Shown here in pieces: positions 31,931 through 42,764 of a stretch of DNA of 64,000 nucleotides (its first letter is position 1; each line of letters starts with the position of its first letter). Source of the DNA: an uncultured delta proteobacterium (GTDB lineage Bacteria; Desulfobacterota; Desulfobacteria; Desulfobacterales; Desulfatirhabdiaceae). The notes below the pieces were generated by a model. It was not told the origin of the DNA and ran no database searches. It saw nothing but the letters and a program-made list of their open reading frames with translations. The position numbers and the translations under genes are program-made. The stretch covers positions 224,001-288,000 of the forward strand of contig CAWBKP010000014.1 of NCBI GenBank assembly GCA_963789395.1, read 5' to 3'.

Positions 31931-32362
31931 TTACGCCGCCTTATTCATGGCCAGTTTGATGGGATTGGGTCCCAGATCACGGATCCGCTGATCCATTTCC
32001 CGGGCATATTCGGCAAACCGGGGGCCTTCCGCGGAAGACAGGTTGAACATCTGAACCCGCTCGCCTCCCACGCCGACGGTATCCAGGAGTTTCTTGGCCT
32101 GTTCCACCCGTTTTCTGGCACGGAAATTACCGCTGTTGAAATGACAGTCTCCCTCCAGGCATCCCACGGCGTACACGCCGTCCGCACCTTTTTCAAATGC
32201 CCGGAGAATGTGGAGGATATCCACCTTGCCCGTACAGGGCACGCGAATGATCTTGATGCTGGACGGGTAGCTGAGTCGCATCGAACCTGCCAGGTCCGCG
32301 GCCGTGTACCCTCAGAAATTACAGCAAAATGCAACGATAACCGGTTCAAACCCTTGCGTCAT
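31931..32362 (-). CDS. mvhD: Selenocysteine-containing MvhD/FlpD [2Fe-2S] protein, 143 aa
   Basis: ATG 32362 overlaps the hdrA stop (ATGA): MTQGFEPVIVAFCCNF-U(32314-32312)-GYTAADLAG, continuing into track ORF 31931-32281 (IRVPCTGKV, GADGV..VGC..GDCH). Confidence 0.93.
32282..32298 (-). promoter_or_regulatory. SECIS-like hairpin of mvhD
   Basis: CGGACCU-GGC-AGGUUCG starting 13 nt after the UGA. Confidence 0.65.
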
Positions 32363-35300
32363 AACACCCCCTCCAGCAGTGCATCTATTTTGCTGAGCAG
32401 TTGATCATCTTCATACCAGTTAAGCTCAATCGCCTTGGCCGGACATTCGGATGCGCAGATGCCGCATCCATGACAAAGCGCCACATCAATCTCGCTGACC
32501 CCGTCTGCATTGATCCGGGGCACACCGTAGGGACAGGAGCGCACGCAGATCAGGCACGAGGCGCACAAGTCTGCCTGAACCTGGGCCGTCACCGCGGACA
32601 GGGTCAGGCTGTCCTGAGACAGGAACGTTGTGGCCCGGGAGGCCGCCGCCAGAGACTGGGCGATGGTTTCCGAAAGCAGCTTCGGACTGTGGGCCGTGCC
32701 GCAGATAAAAATCCCTTCGGTTGCCATATCCACGGGCCGAAGCTTGACATGGGCTTCCAGGTAATAGCCTTCGGCATTTCGCGCCAGTTTCATGATGGAG
32801 GAGAGCTCTTCGGTCTCCCCTGCCACCATTCCGGCGCTCAGGATCAGATGATCGGCGCTGATCTGCAGCCTGCGCCGGATGATCGGATCCGTGAATACGA
32901 CTTCAACGCCTTCCGAAGTGAATTCAACTTCCGGCATGTCTTCCGGTGTATAGCGGAAAAACAGGATGCCCAGTTTTCTGGCTTCGGTGAAATAGTCTTC
33001 CAGAAGCCCGTAAGTGCGAATGTCCCGGTACAGGACGGAGACATCTGCTGCCGGATTCAATGCCTTGATATGCAGGGCGTTTTTAATGGCGCTCTGACAG
33101 CAGATCCGGGAACAGTTGGGATTTTCGTCGTTTCGGGAACCGATACACTGGATCATGACCACCTGATTCAGATCCGAAGCGCCCTCGGTTTCCAGACGGC
33201 TGCCCAGCTCCACCTGGGTCATGACCCGGGGGTCCTTGCCATAGCCGAATTCCTTGGGCTGGTATTCGGTGGCACCGGTTGCCAGAATCACGGCACCATG
33301 GTCGATTTTTCGCTCATACATGCCCGGACCCACCAGAACTTCCGTGGTGAAATTGCCTTTGAATCCGGTAAACCCCACGATAAGCGACTGGGTGAGCACC
33401 TGAAGGTTGGGGTGGGCTCCGGCTTTCTGGATCAGATCATTCAGAAAGGACTGAACATCGGCCCCTTCGATGGTCTGTGTCAGGCGCCGGGCCATGCCGC
33501 CAAGCTCCGGCTCTTTTTCCACCAGGACGACTTCAAACCCCTGGTCCGCCAGGCCAAGCGCAGCTGTCATGCCGCCCACACCTCCCCCGACCACCAGGGC
33601 CCGCTTGTTGACCGGGATCTGTTTTTCATGAAGGGCCTTTAAGGTACCGGCGCGTGCCACGGCCATCCGTACCAGTTCCTTGGCCTTCTGAGTTGCCTGG
33701 TTGGGGCTGTCCGAATGAATCCAGGAATCCTGGTTCCGGATATTGGCCATTTCAAACAGATATTTATTAAGTCCGCAGGCCTGAAGGGTGTCCATGAAAA
33801 TGGCTTCATGGGTCTTGGGGCTGCACGAGGCCACAACCACCCGGTTTAACCGGTGCTCCCGTATCAGGTCCTTCATCAGGTCCTGGGCATCCTGAGAGCA
33901 GGAGAACAGGTTCTGCCCGGCATACACCACGTTCGGAAGGGTTGCGGAATATTCCTGAACTGCCGGGACATCCACGACGCCTGCGATATTGATGCCGCAG
34001 TTGCAGACAAAGACGCCGATCCGGGGCAAAAGGCCTTCCACGGGTATTTCTTCCGGAATGGTAACGGTTCTGGTGCAGGAATACCGGGCCGGCGCCAGGT
34101 TCGCACCCGCTGCACAGGCCGCGGCGCTGGCTTCAATGACCGAAGAGGGTATGTCCTTGGGGGCCTGGAACACGCCGCCCACGTACACGCCGGGACGGGA
34201 GCTTTCAACGGGCGTAAACGGATGCGTTGCTGCGAACCGGTATTTCCCCAGGTCCACATTCAGTCGTCCGGCCAGATCCACCGATGACTGCGGAATCTGA
34301 AGCCCCACGGAAAGCACGACCATGTCAAAGGTTTCTTTCTGGATGTCGCCGCCGTCATCCACATAGCGGATGACCAGCTCGCGGGTTTCCGGAACCTCAT
34401 CGATGGTATGGATCCTGGATTTTACAAACCGTACTCCGGCACGGTCCTTTGCCCGAAGATAGTATTTTTCATAATCTTTGCCAAAAGAGCGGATATCCAT
34501 GTTGAATATGGCGCAATCCAGATTGCCGCCGCTATGCTCCTTGGCGATCATGGCCTCCTTGATGGCGTACATGCAGCAGACGGAAGAGCAGTAGCCGTTG
34601 CCGCACCGGTTGACGTCACGGGAACCCACGCACTGCAGCCAGGCAATGCGTTTGGGTTCGGTGTGATCAGAGAGTTTCACCAGATGCCCCATGGTGGGGC
34701 CGGATGCACTCAACAGTCGCTCGAACTCGAGACTGGTCACGACATTGGGATTTTTTCCATAATGATAAAACTGTCTAAAGGGCGTGGGGTCAAAGGCATG
34801 GCTGCCCGGACACAGAATCACCGAACCGACGGGAATATTGCGGACCACCGTTTCCTGGCTGTGATCCACAGCATTGGCCAGACAGGCGTCCACGCACTGA
34901 TAGCATTCCGAGCAGATCCCGCAGGCCAGACACCTGTCCGCCTCTTTCCGGGTGGCCTCCTCCGAAAACCCGAGCTGGACTTCGTTAAACCCGGTAATCC
35001 GGGTGGTTGAAGGCATGTGCGGCATGGGCACTCTGCCGGCTTTCGTATAGCCTTCCACCGGCACATCGGTAACACCCGTCCAGTGAACGTCCCGGCCTTC
35101 CATCAAATCCTGGCCCTGAATGAAGCGATTGATGGAAACGGCAGCTTCTTTGCCCGCTTGAATGGCTTCAACAACGGTTTTGGGCCCGGTGACCGCATCG
35201 CCTCCCGAGAAAATATCCGGGTCCTTGGACTGGAGCGTGACAGGATCCACGACCATGGTTCCCCAACCGGAAAGGGTGCAGGCGCATTCCTCGGTGAGGC

Positions 35301-36846
35301 AGGCCCAGTCGGACTCCTGGCCGATGGCCGGAATGACGGTATCCACTTCAATGACGAACTCGGATCCTTCAACCGGAACCGGCCTTCTTCTGCCGCTGGC
35401 GTCCGGCTCCCCGAGGGCCATCTGGATGCATTCTATTGCCTTGACCTTGCCGGCATCATCCCCGATGATCCGGACCGGGTGGGTCAGGGTTTTGAGTTCA
35501 ATGCCTTCATCCTCGCATTCTGCAATTTCCTCGATGCTTGCCGGCATTTCATCCCGGCTGCGGCGGTAGATGATGAACGGCTTTGTAGAGCCGGTGCGAA
35601 GGGCGGTTCGGACCGAATCCATGGCCACATTCCCGCCGCCGATGACCGCAACCCGGTCCCCCAGCTGTATCCGGTTTCCCAGGTTCACTTCCCGGAGAAA
35701 CTCAACGCCAGGATAGACGCCGGGCAGGTTTTCGCCTTCAATCCCGAGCCGCTTGCATTCATGGGCGCCGATGGCCATGAAAAAGGCCTTGAACCCATTT
35801 TCGCGAAGCTGGGCAATGGTGAAATCCTTTCCGATCTCAACGCCTGTCTTGAACTGAACGCCAAGATCCTTGATGGTCTGAATTTCGGATTCAATAATAT
35901 CCCGGGGAAGCCGGTAGGACGGAATACCGACGGTCAGCATGCCGCCAAGAACGGGAAGCTTTTCAAAAACCGTTACCGGATAACCTTCAATGGCCAGATA
36001 ATAGGCCGCAGTCAGTCCGGCCGGGCCGGCTCCCACAATGGCGACTTTCTCGTTTTTGGATTCCTTGATCTTGGGAACAAAGGGCGCGCCGCTTTTTAAA
36101 TCTTCATCCGCCAGAAACCGGTGAAGGTATTGAATGCTGATGGGCTCATCCACCTGATTCCGCGTGCAGATGCCTTCGCAGGGATGGTGGCAGACGCGGC
36201 CGCAGACGCCGGGAAACGGATGGTCCTGCTTGAAGAGCTCCAGGGCTTCCCGGTATTTGCCTGCATTGATCAGGGCAATGAATCCCTGAACGCTGACATG
36301 GGCCGGGCACGTGGCCTTGCAGGGCGCGGTGCCCCGTTTGGTGATGGCAAATGCGCCGGGAATTGCCTGGGCATACTGCTTGAATGCGGCCTTTCGCGTG
36401 GCAAGGGACTTGTTGTATTCGTCCGGAACGCTGATGGGGCAAACCTTGGCGCATTCGCCGCAGCTGGTGCATTTGGAAAGATCGATATACCGGGGCTTCT
36501 GCCGGATCCGGGCCGTAAAACTGCCGGGGTTTCCACTGAGATCCAGAAGCTCGGTCTGGGTCATTAACTCGATGTTCAGATGCCGGCCGACCTCGACCAG
36601 TTTGGGTGAGATCACTCACATGGCGCAGTCGTTGGTGGGAAATGTCTTATCGATCTGGGACATCATGCCGCCCACAGCAGCCGTTTCCTCGACCAGATAC
36701 ACGTAGTATCCCGAGTTGGCCAGATCGAGAGCGGACTGCATGCCCGCAATTCCGGCACCCACGACCATGACGGAACCCACCAGCGGTTGCGAAGCACCTT
36801 CAGTGCTTTCAGCCTTTGGAAGAATGGGATCTGCTTGTTTTTCCAT
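32359..36846 (-). CDS. hdrA: Large selenocysteine-containing HdrA-like protein (HdrL type: HdrA with GltD-like NAD(P)H module and second HdrA module), 1495 aa
   Basis: Track ORFs 36616-36846 and 32359-36615 abut in frame: DKTFPTNDCAM-U77-VISPKL (canonical DCxxC). GAGIAG FAD site, APC..CP/GAGPAG/GGGNVA/YRRS module, two C(V/I)GSR..CS..CC motifs, several ferredoxin motifs. Confidence 0.93.
36583..36600 (-). promoter_or_regulatory. SECIS-like hairpin of hdrA
   Basis: CUGGUCG-AGGU-CGGCCGG starting 15 nt after the UGA. Confidence 0.65.
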
Positions 36847-36922
36847 AAACGATTTCCTTTAGAAATAGGTTAACAGCGGGCCGGCCAAATGAGCCTTAAA
36901 CAGTCCGCAGCTCGCAGTTCTC

Positions 36923-37792
36923 TTAGATTCTTTCAAGGATGTCGGGCAGTTTATCTTCCCACCCGATGGTCGACACCAGCACGCCGCTCAACCCCTCTGC
37001 TCTGAGTGCGGCAATCATTTCCGCTGCAATCTGGATGCATTCCCGAACCTTGTCAGGCGCACTTTGAATTCGGGAAATGAGGGATTCGGGAATTGTCACA
37101 TGCTCGACATTCCTTGACATATAGCGGGCCATGCCCGCTGATTTCAGCAGCAGAACCGTCGGAATGACGGCGATTCGGCTGCGGTCGATCCGATTAAGAA
37201 ACGGACCCAGAGCACCCAGATCAAACACCGGCGGGGTTACGAAAAACCTGGCCCCGCTGTCGCTTTTTTGATTGAGAAGCTCGATTTCAGCCTCCAGTCC
37301 CTCTCCCCTGGCCAAGGCCTGTACCGTAGATCCCACCAGAAATTTGGGGGCCCCTTTCAAGTCAATGCCTGCCATGTCTTTGCCGGTTTGAAGCTTTTTC
37401 AGGGAGTCCAGCAGTTCCATCAGGGTAATATCGTACACCGCTTTGGCCTGATGGTGATCCCCGAAGCGGGGGTCCTGGCCGGAGACAGCCATGACCGTGG
37501 AGATGCCGCAGGCCGAGGCTGCCAGCAGATCCGCCTGCAAGGCAAGCCGGTTGCGGTCCCTGCAGCAGACCTGCATGACGGTTTCCATGCCGGCCTGCTG
37601 CAGGCCGATCGCGCCGCCCAGGGCGCTCATGCGCATCACCGCGTTGCTCATTTCAGGAATCAGAAAGGCATCAACCTGCTCTTTGACTCGCCTGGCGTTC
37701 TTGATCATGGCAGAGATGTCAGCGCCTTTGGGAGGTTCCATCTCAGCCAAGACCACAAATGCGCCGGCCTCTATCTTGGTTTTCAGATGCAT
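36923..37792 (-). CDS. Second, divergent MetF-family protein
   Basis: EMEPPKG, CRDRNRLALQADLL; GGAGG RBS; catalytic-site substitutions (see findings). Confidence 0.85.
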   Translation of the reverse strand: MHLKTKIEAGAFVVLAEMEPPKGADISAMIKNARRVKEQVDAFLIPEMSNAVMRMSALGGAIGLQQAGMETVMQVCCRDRNRLALQADLLAASACGISTVMAVSGQDPRFGDHHQAKAVYDITLMELLDSLKKLQTGKDMAGIDLKGAPKFLVGSTVQALARGEGLEAEIELLNQKSDSGARFFVTPPVFDLGALGPFLNRIDRSRIAVIPTVLLLKSAGMARYMSRNVEHVTIPESLISRIQSAPDKVRECIQIAAEMIAALRAEGLSGVLVSTIGWEDKLPDILERI

Positions 37793-38129
37793 CGGGTTTC
37801 CTCCAGACTTGGGTGGGACCGAAAATTACAGGAAATAACATACAAACTATCAATACTGTTTATTTCATTAAACCATTTGTAATATTTTGGTCAAGAAAAA
37901 AATATAATGTTTTATTTAATAAATGAATTACAATCAGATCAGATGTCTTTGCCCGGTTCACAGCCTGATAATCATGGACTTTTTTTCGATACATCTATAA
38001 AGAACAAAGGAAGAATCCATATAAGTCAACATGGGGATTGCACCGTAACTGATCATGAATCGGGCATTCCCGAATCAGAAAACATACCTTTCCCCTTTGG
38101 AAAAGAAAGGGGAATGAGGAATCGCGTTA

Positions 38130-39500
38130 ATGCAACAACATGTATCCCGGGGCGCCACCCTGTTCGCGGTCGGCACCGCCTCCTTTCTTATGCCGTTCAT
38201 GCTCTCTGGCGTGGGCGTCGCCCTCCCGTCCATCGGCAGGGAGCTTTCCGCCAGCGCCATTCAGCTCAGCCTGGTGGAAACTGCCTACATGCTCTCGGTT
38301 TCCATTTTTCTGCTGACCATGGGAAGGCTCGGGGATATTCACGGACGCAGGCGCATTTTTCATTGGGGCATTGCTGTTTTTACGCTCATGGGTGGACTAT
38401 TGTCCCAGGCGTGGTCAATTCAGGCGGTAATTGGTTTCCGTTTTCTGCAGGGCATCGGCGGCGCCATGATTGCGGCAACAGGGATGGCAATCGTTGTTTC
38501 CGTCTTTCCCCCCGAACAACGGGGCAGGGCCCTGGGAATCACCGTTGCCTGTGTCTATGCCGGCCTTTCCTGCGGCCCGTTTATCGGCGGCGCCCTGATC
38601 ACCGCCTTTGGCTGGCGGTCATTATTCTACCTGTGCGTTCCACTGGGAGCCGGCAGTTTTATTCTGGTCAGCCGCAAGCTGCGCGGCGAGTGGGCGGATG
38701 CCAAAGGAGAACCGTTCGACTGGAAGGGCGCAACCCTGTATGCTTTCGCCATTGTTCTGTTGATCATTGGCGCCGCCAATCTTGGCAATGGCAGGTGGTC
38801 ATGGGGACTCGTGTCCGCAGGCATTGCCGGACTGTGGCTGTTTGTCGCCATGGAGGCACGCATCCGGCATCCTGTGCTGAACGTGGGGCTATTCAACCAT
38901 AACCGGGTGTTTGCCCTCAGCAGCCTGGCGGCCCTTCTCAACTACGCAGCCACCTTCGGCGTAACGTTTTTCTTCAGCCTCTACCTGCAGTTCGTTAAGG
39001 GTATGACACCACAGCAGGCAGGAGCGGTTCTTATTGTACAACCCGTAGCCCAGGCACTGTTTTCCCCGCTTTGCGGGCGCCTTTCAGACCGGTATTCGGC
39101 GGCATGGGTGGCAACGGCAGGCATGGCGCTCTGCGCGGCAGGCCTTGGAATCAGTGTTGCCATCTCCCCAACCACGTCCCTGACGGTTCTTGTCGCCATC
39201 TTCCTGCTGCTGGGACTGGGCTTTGCCCTGTTTTCATCACCCAACATGAGCGTCATCATGGGCAGCGTTGCGCCCAGGTACCTTGGCGTGGCGTCCGGAC
39301 TCGTGGGAAGCATGCGCACCCTGGGCATGATGACCAGCATGACGATCATCACCGTTCTGCTGTCTGTTTTCATGAAAGGCCATGCGATCACATTCGATAC
39401 ACAGACTGATTTTCTATTGACCATGCGCGCGGCCCTGGCATGTTTTTGCCTGCTGTGCGGCGGAGGCATTCTGTGCTCCATCGGCAGGCTGCGGCGCTGA
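38130..39500 (+). CDS. MFS transporter, DHA2/EmrB-like
   Basis: GRLGDIHGRRR motif A, RFLQGIGGA, about 14 TM segments. Confidence 0.92.
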   Translation: MQQHVSRGATLFAVGTASFLMPFMLSGVGVALPSIGRELSASAIQLSLVETAYMLSVSIFLLTMGRLGDIHGRRRIFHWGIAVFTLMGGLLSQAWSIQAVIGFRFLQGIGGAMIAATGMAIVVSVFPPEQRGRALGITVACVYAGLSCGPFIGGALITAFGWRSLFYLCVPLGAGSFILVSRKLRGEWADAKGEPFDWKGATLYAFAIVLLIIGAANLGNGRWSWGLVSAGIAGLWLFVAMEARIRHPVLNVGLFNHNRVFALSSLAALLNYAATFGVTFFFSLYLQFVKGMTPQQAGAVLIVQPVAQALFSPLCGRLSDRYSAAWVATAGMALCAAGLGISVAISPTTSLTVLVAIFLLLGLGFALFSSPNMSVIMGSVAPRYLGVASGLVGSMRTLGMMTSMTIITVLLSVFMKGHAITFDTQTDFLLTMRAALACFCLLCGGGILCSIGRLRR

Positions 39501-39655
39501 AAGATCCGAATGCGCCTTTTGCAATTCTGCCTGCCCATCGCCAGCATCTGAAACCCGAAGCAGGCTTGCGGATAATGATGGACTTTTCTTAAAATCGTCT
39601 ATATTAAAAATGAGTCTGATCAACAACAGCCGGAATGTCATCTTATCATAGAGGA

Positions 39656-41098
39656 ATGTCACATACCATGCGCTGGAAACTCTATTTGAATATCCGCCAA
39701 AAAGTCATTTTCGGGCTTACGCTCGGGATGACGGCCGTTGCCCTGGTGGGAGGTCTCTCCTACCGGTACCTTGCAGAAATTGAACGCAAACAGCATCTGG
39801 TTGAGGTTGCCGATGATTTGAACAATGTCATTCTCGAAATTCGCAGGTATGAAAAAAACTTTCTTCTTTACGGATCTGAACAGGATTTTTCTGAAAACCG
39901 GTTGTATATTGAAAACGGCCTGCGCACCATTCAATCCATCGTTCCCGAAATGCACAACTTGAAAGGCGCCCCGCATCTGAATCTTCTCGAACAGGAATTT
40001 CTGGCATACCGATCCACCATGGACGAAATTGAAAAATGCAGCGGCCAGCAGTTGCGATCCTGCAATCAGAAGATCGAGGAGCGCTTGCGGGAACAGGGGA
40101 AAAAACTCCTGGACATTTCCCACCAGCTCGTCACCTATGAACGCCAGCGCATATTGACCATTATCAAAACCTTGCAGAGCCAACTGGCTGCCGCCATTAT
40201 TCTGTTCATTTTTACCGGTCTGTTTCTGATTATCGTGGTCATTAAAAAAATCATTCGTCCCCTGAAGGTTATCGAACAGGCAACGCTGCAAATCGCCCAG
40301 GGGGATTTCAGCCATCTGCCGATTTCGGGCAATCGGGATGAAACCCAGCAGGTATTGCAGGCATTGAACCGGATGACATCGGAACTGGAAAAACGCCAGG
40401 AACAGCTCCTTCAGGCCAGAAAACTCTCCTCCATAGGCATACTGACATCCGGCGTGGCTCACCAGTTGAACAATCCCCTCAACAATATTTCAACCTCCTG
40501 CCAGATTCTTCTGGAGGAATTCGGCCGGGGGGATCCGGAGTTCATGCATAAAATGCTGACCAATATCGAGCAGGAAGTGCACCGGGCAAGGGACACGGTC
40601 AAAGGGCTTCTGGAATTTTCCCGGGACAAGGAATTTGCGCTGGTTCCCCATTCACTCAAGGAAGTGGTGGATCGATCGGTCCGTTTAATATCCAGCCAGG
40701 TGCCGCCGGGTATCGACATCGTGCGCGATGTGCCGGAGGACATGATGTTGAATCTGGATGCCCAGCGCCTCCAGGAGGTTTTTTTAAATCTTCTGATGAA
40801 TGCGGCCCAAGCCATTGAACAGCCCCCCGGCCAGATCCGCATTTCCGCAACACCGGATCAGACATCCGGTCAGGCTGTCATCACCGTGGCGGACACGGGA
40901 GTTGGAATTCCAGAAGATCATTTCACCCATGTTTTTGATCCGTTTTTCACCACCAAACCTGTGGGCACGGGAACCGGCATGGGCCTTTCCGTAGTATACG
41001 GAATCGTCCAAAAACATCAGGGAACGATTTCCGTTGAAAGCAAGGTCGGTGAAGGCACCCGGTTCAGCATCCGATTGCCTTTACAGCAATCCGTATAA
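39656..41098 (+). CDS. Membrane sensor histidine kinase with HAMP domain
   Basis: 2 TM, EIRRYEKNFLLY, GVAHQLNNPL, PFFTTK..GTGMGL. Confidence 0.92.
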   Translation: MSHTMRWKLYLNIRQKVIFGLTLGMTAVALVGGLSYRYLAEIERKQHLVEVADDLNNVILEIRRYEKNFLLYGSEQDFSENRLYIENGLRTIQSIVPEMHNLKGAPHLNLLEQEFLAYRSTMDEIEKCSGQQLRSCNQKIEERLREQGKKLLDISHQLVTYERQRILTIIKTLQSQLAAAIILFIFTGLFLIIVVIKKIIRPLKVIEQATLQIAQGDFSHLPISGNRDETQQVLQALNRMTSELEKRQEQLLQARKLSSIGILTSGVAHQLNNPLNNISTSCQILLEEFGRGDPEFMHKMLTNIEQEVHRARDTVKGLLEFSRDKEFALVPHSLKEVVDRSVRLISSQVPPGIDIVRDVPEDMMLNLDAQRLQEVFLNLLMNAAQAIEQPPGQIRISATPDQTSGQAVITVADTGVGIPEDHFTHVFDPFFTTKPVGTGTGMGLSVVYGIVQKHQGTISVESKVGEGTRFSIRLPLQQSV

Positions 41099-41111
41099 GG
41101 AAGGGCAAACG

Positions 41112-42465
41112 ATGACCGCGCGCATATTGATTGTGGATGACGAAACCATCGCCCGGGAGAATCTGGGATATGTTCTCCGCAAGGAAGGCTTTGAAACCGT
41201 TTGCGTGGACAGCGGAATGAAAGCTCTTCAGGAGCTGGAAAAAAGCGATTTTGATCTGGTGATGACCGATCTTCGGATGCCCGGCATGGACGGTATGGAA
41301 GTGGTGGAGCAGACCCGTGAAAAATATCCGGCCACGGAAATCATTGTTGTTACCGGCTACGCCACGGTTACCACGGCGGTCGAGGCCATGCAGAAAGGTG
41401 CGTTTTATTATCTTCCCAAACCCTATCAGATTGATGAAGTGCGCATTCTGGTGCATCAGGCATCTGGAAAAAAGGTCTCTGAGGCAGGAAGTTGCCGAAT
41501 TAAAACAACAAATCCAGTCCCAGCAGGCCTTTCCCATCCTGATCGGCGAGAATCCCAAAATGCTGGCCCTTAAAAAAACCATCGAGCAGATCGCCCCTGC
41601 GGATTGCACGGTATTGATTCTGGGAGAAACCGGAACCGGAAAGGAGCTGGTCGCCAAAACCATTCACCAGTTCAGCCAGCGCTCTTCAAAGCGGTTTCTT
41701 GCCATAAACTGCGGTGCGTTCAACGAAGAGCTTCTGGCCAACGAGCTTTTCGGGCATGAAAAAGAAGCCTTTACCGGGGCCCGGGGAATCCGCAAAGGAC
41801 TGCTGGAATCGGTTCAGGGAGGAACCATTCTGCTGGACGAGATCGGGGATATGCCGCCGTCCATGCAGGTGAAACTGCTTCGGGTGCTTCAGGAAAGAAC
41901 GCTGATCCGCGTCGGCGGGGTAGAAGAAATTCCCATCGACATCCGGATTCTGGCAGCCACAAACAAGGATTTGAAAACCGAGGTCGACGCCGGAAATTTC
42001 CGTCAGGATCTCTATTACCGCCTGAACGTCATTTCCCTGCACGTTCCCCCGCTCATAGATCGAAAAGACACCCTTGTCCTGTTGTGCCGGCATTTTCTGA
42101 AACAGTTCTCGGAAGCCCAGGCCAAGGATGTGACGCAGGTATCGGATGAGGCCATGGATATTTTGATGAATTACGGGTTTCCGGGAAATGTCCGGGAGCT
42201 GGAGAATATTATTGAACGGGCCGTCACGCTGTCAACAGGATCTGCCATTGAAACCAAGCACCTGCCCGCCGACCTTCAGCAGCTGAAATTTCACATCCAG
42301 TGCCAGCGAAAGAGCGATTTTCTCACGCTGGAGGAAAATGAAAAATCGTATATCGCCTGGATTCTGGATCAGGTCGGGAACAACAAAACCAAGGCAGCGG
42401 CAATCCTGGGAATCGATCGGGTATCCCTGTGGCGAAAACTGCGACGGTATCACTTGGAAGATTAA
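41112..42465 (+). pseudogene. Sigma-54-dependent response regulator (NtrC family), +1 frameshift near 41463
   Basis: Receiver in ORF 41034-41573, AAA+ (GETGTGKE, GAFNE, EAFTGA) and HTH in ORF 41317-42465; removing one T from CAG GCA T CTG GAA restores QALEKR. Confidence 0.85.
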
Positions 42466-42764
42466 GCGACTGGTCATCGTGTCAAATTTCGTGATGTGAT
42501 TTTGTAAAATGAAGACAGGGTTTCCGTTCTGACACACTATCGTTGTGTCTCCATACTATCCCCGCTTGTTTCTTCCCCGCATCACTTTCCGGAAATTACG
42601 GATAAAACAACTTGTTGCAGTTATGCAATAGCTGCGTCACCTGTAAATTTGTCGCGCCCATATTGACAGATGATAAATGGCGCTGTAGTGTATTGGGTAA
42701 GTCGCATGACGGTTCGCAGCCGATCAGGGATAGGTTCGCAAGGCGTATTCAGGAGGACTACTAT

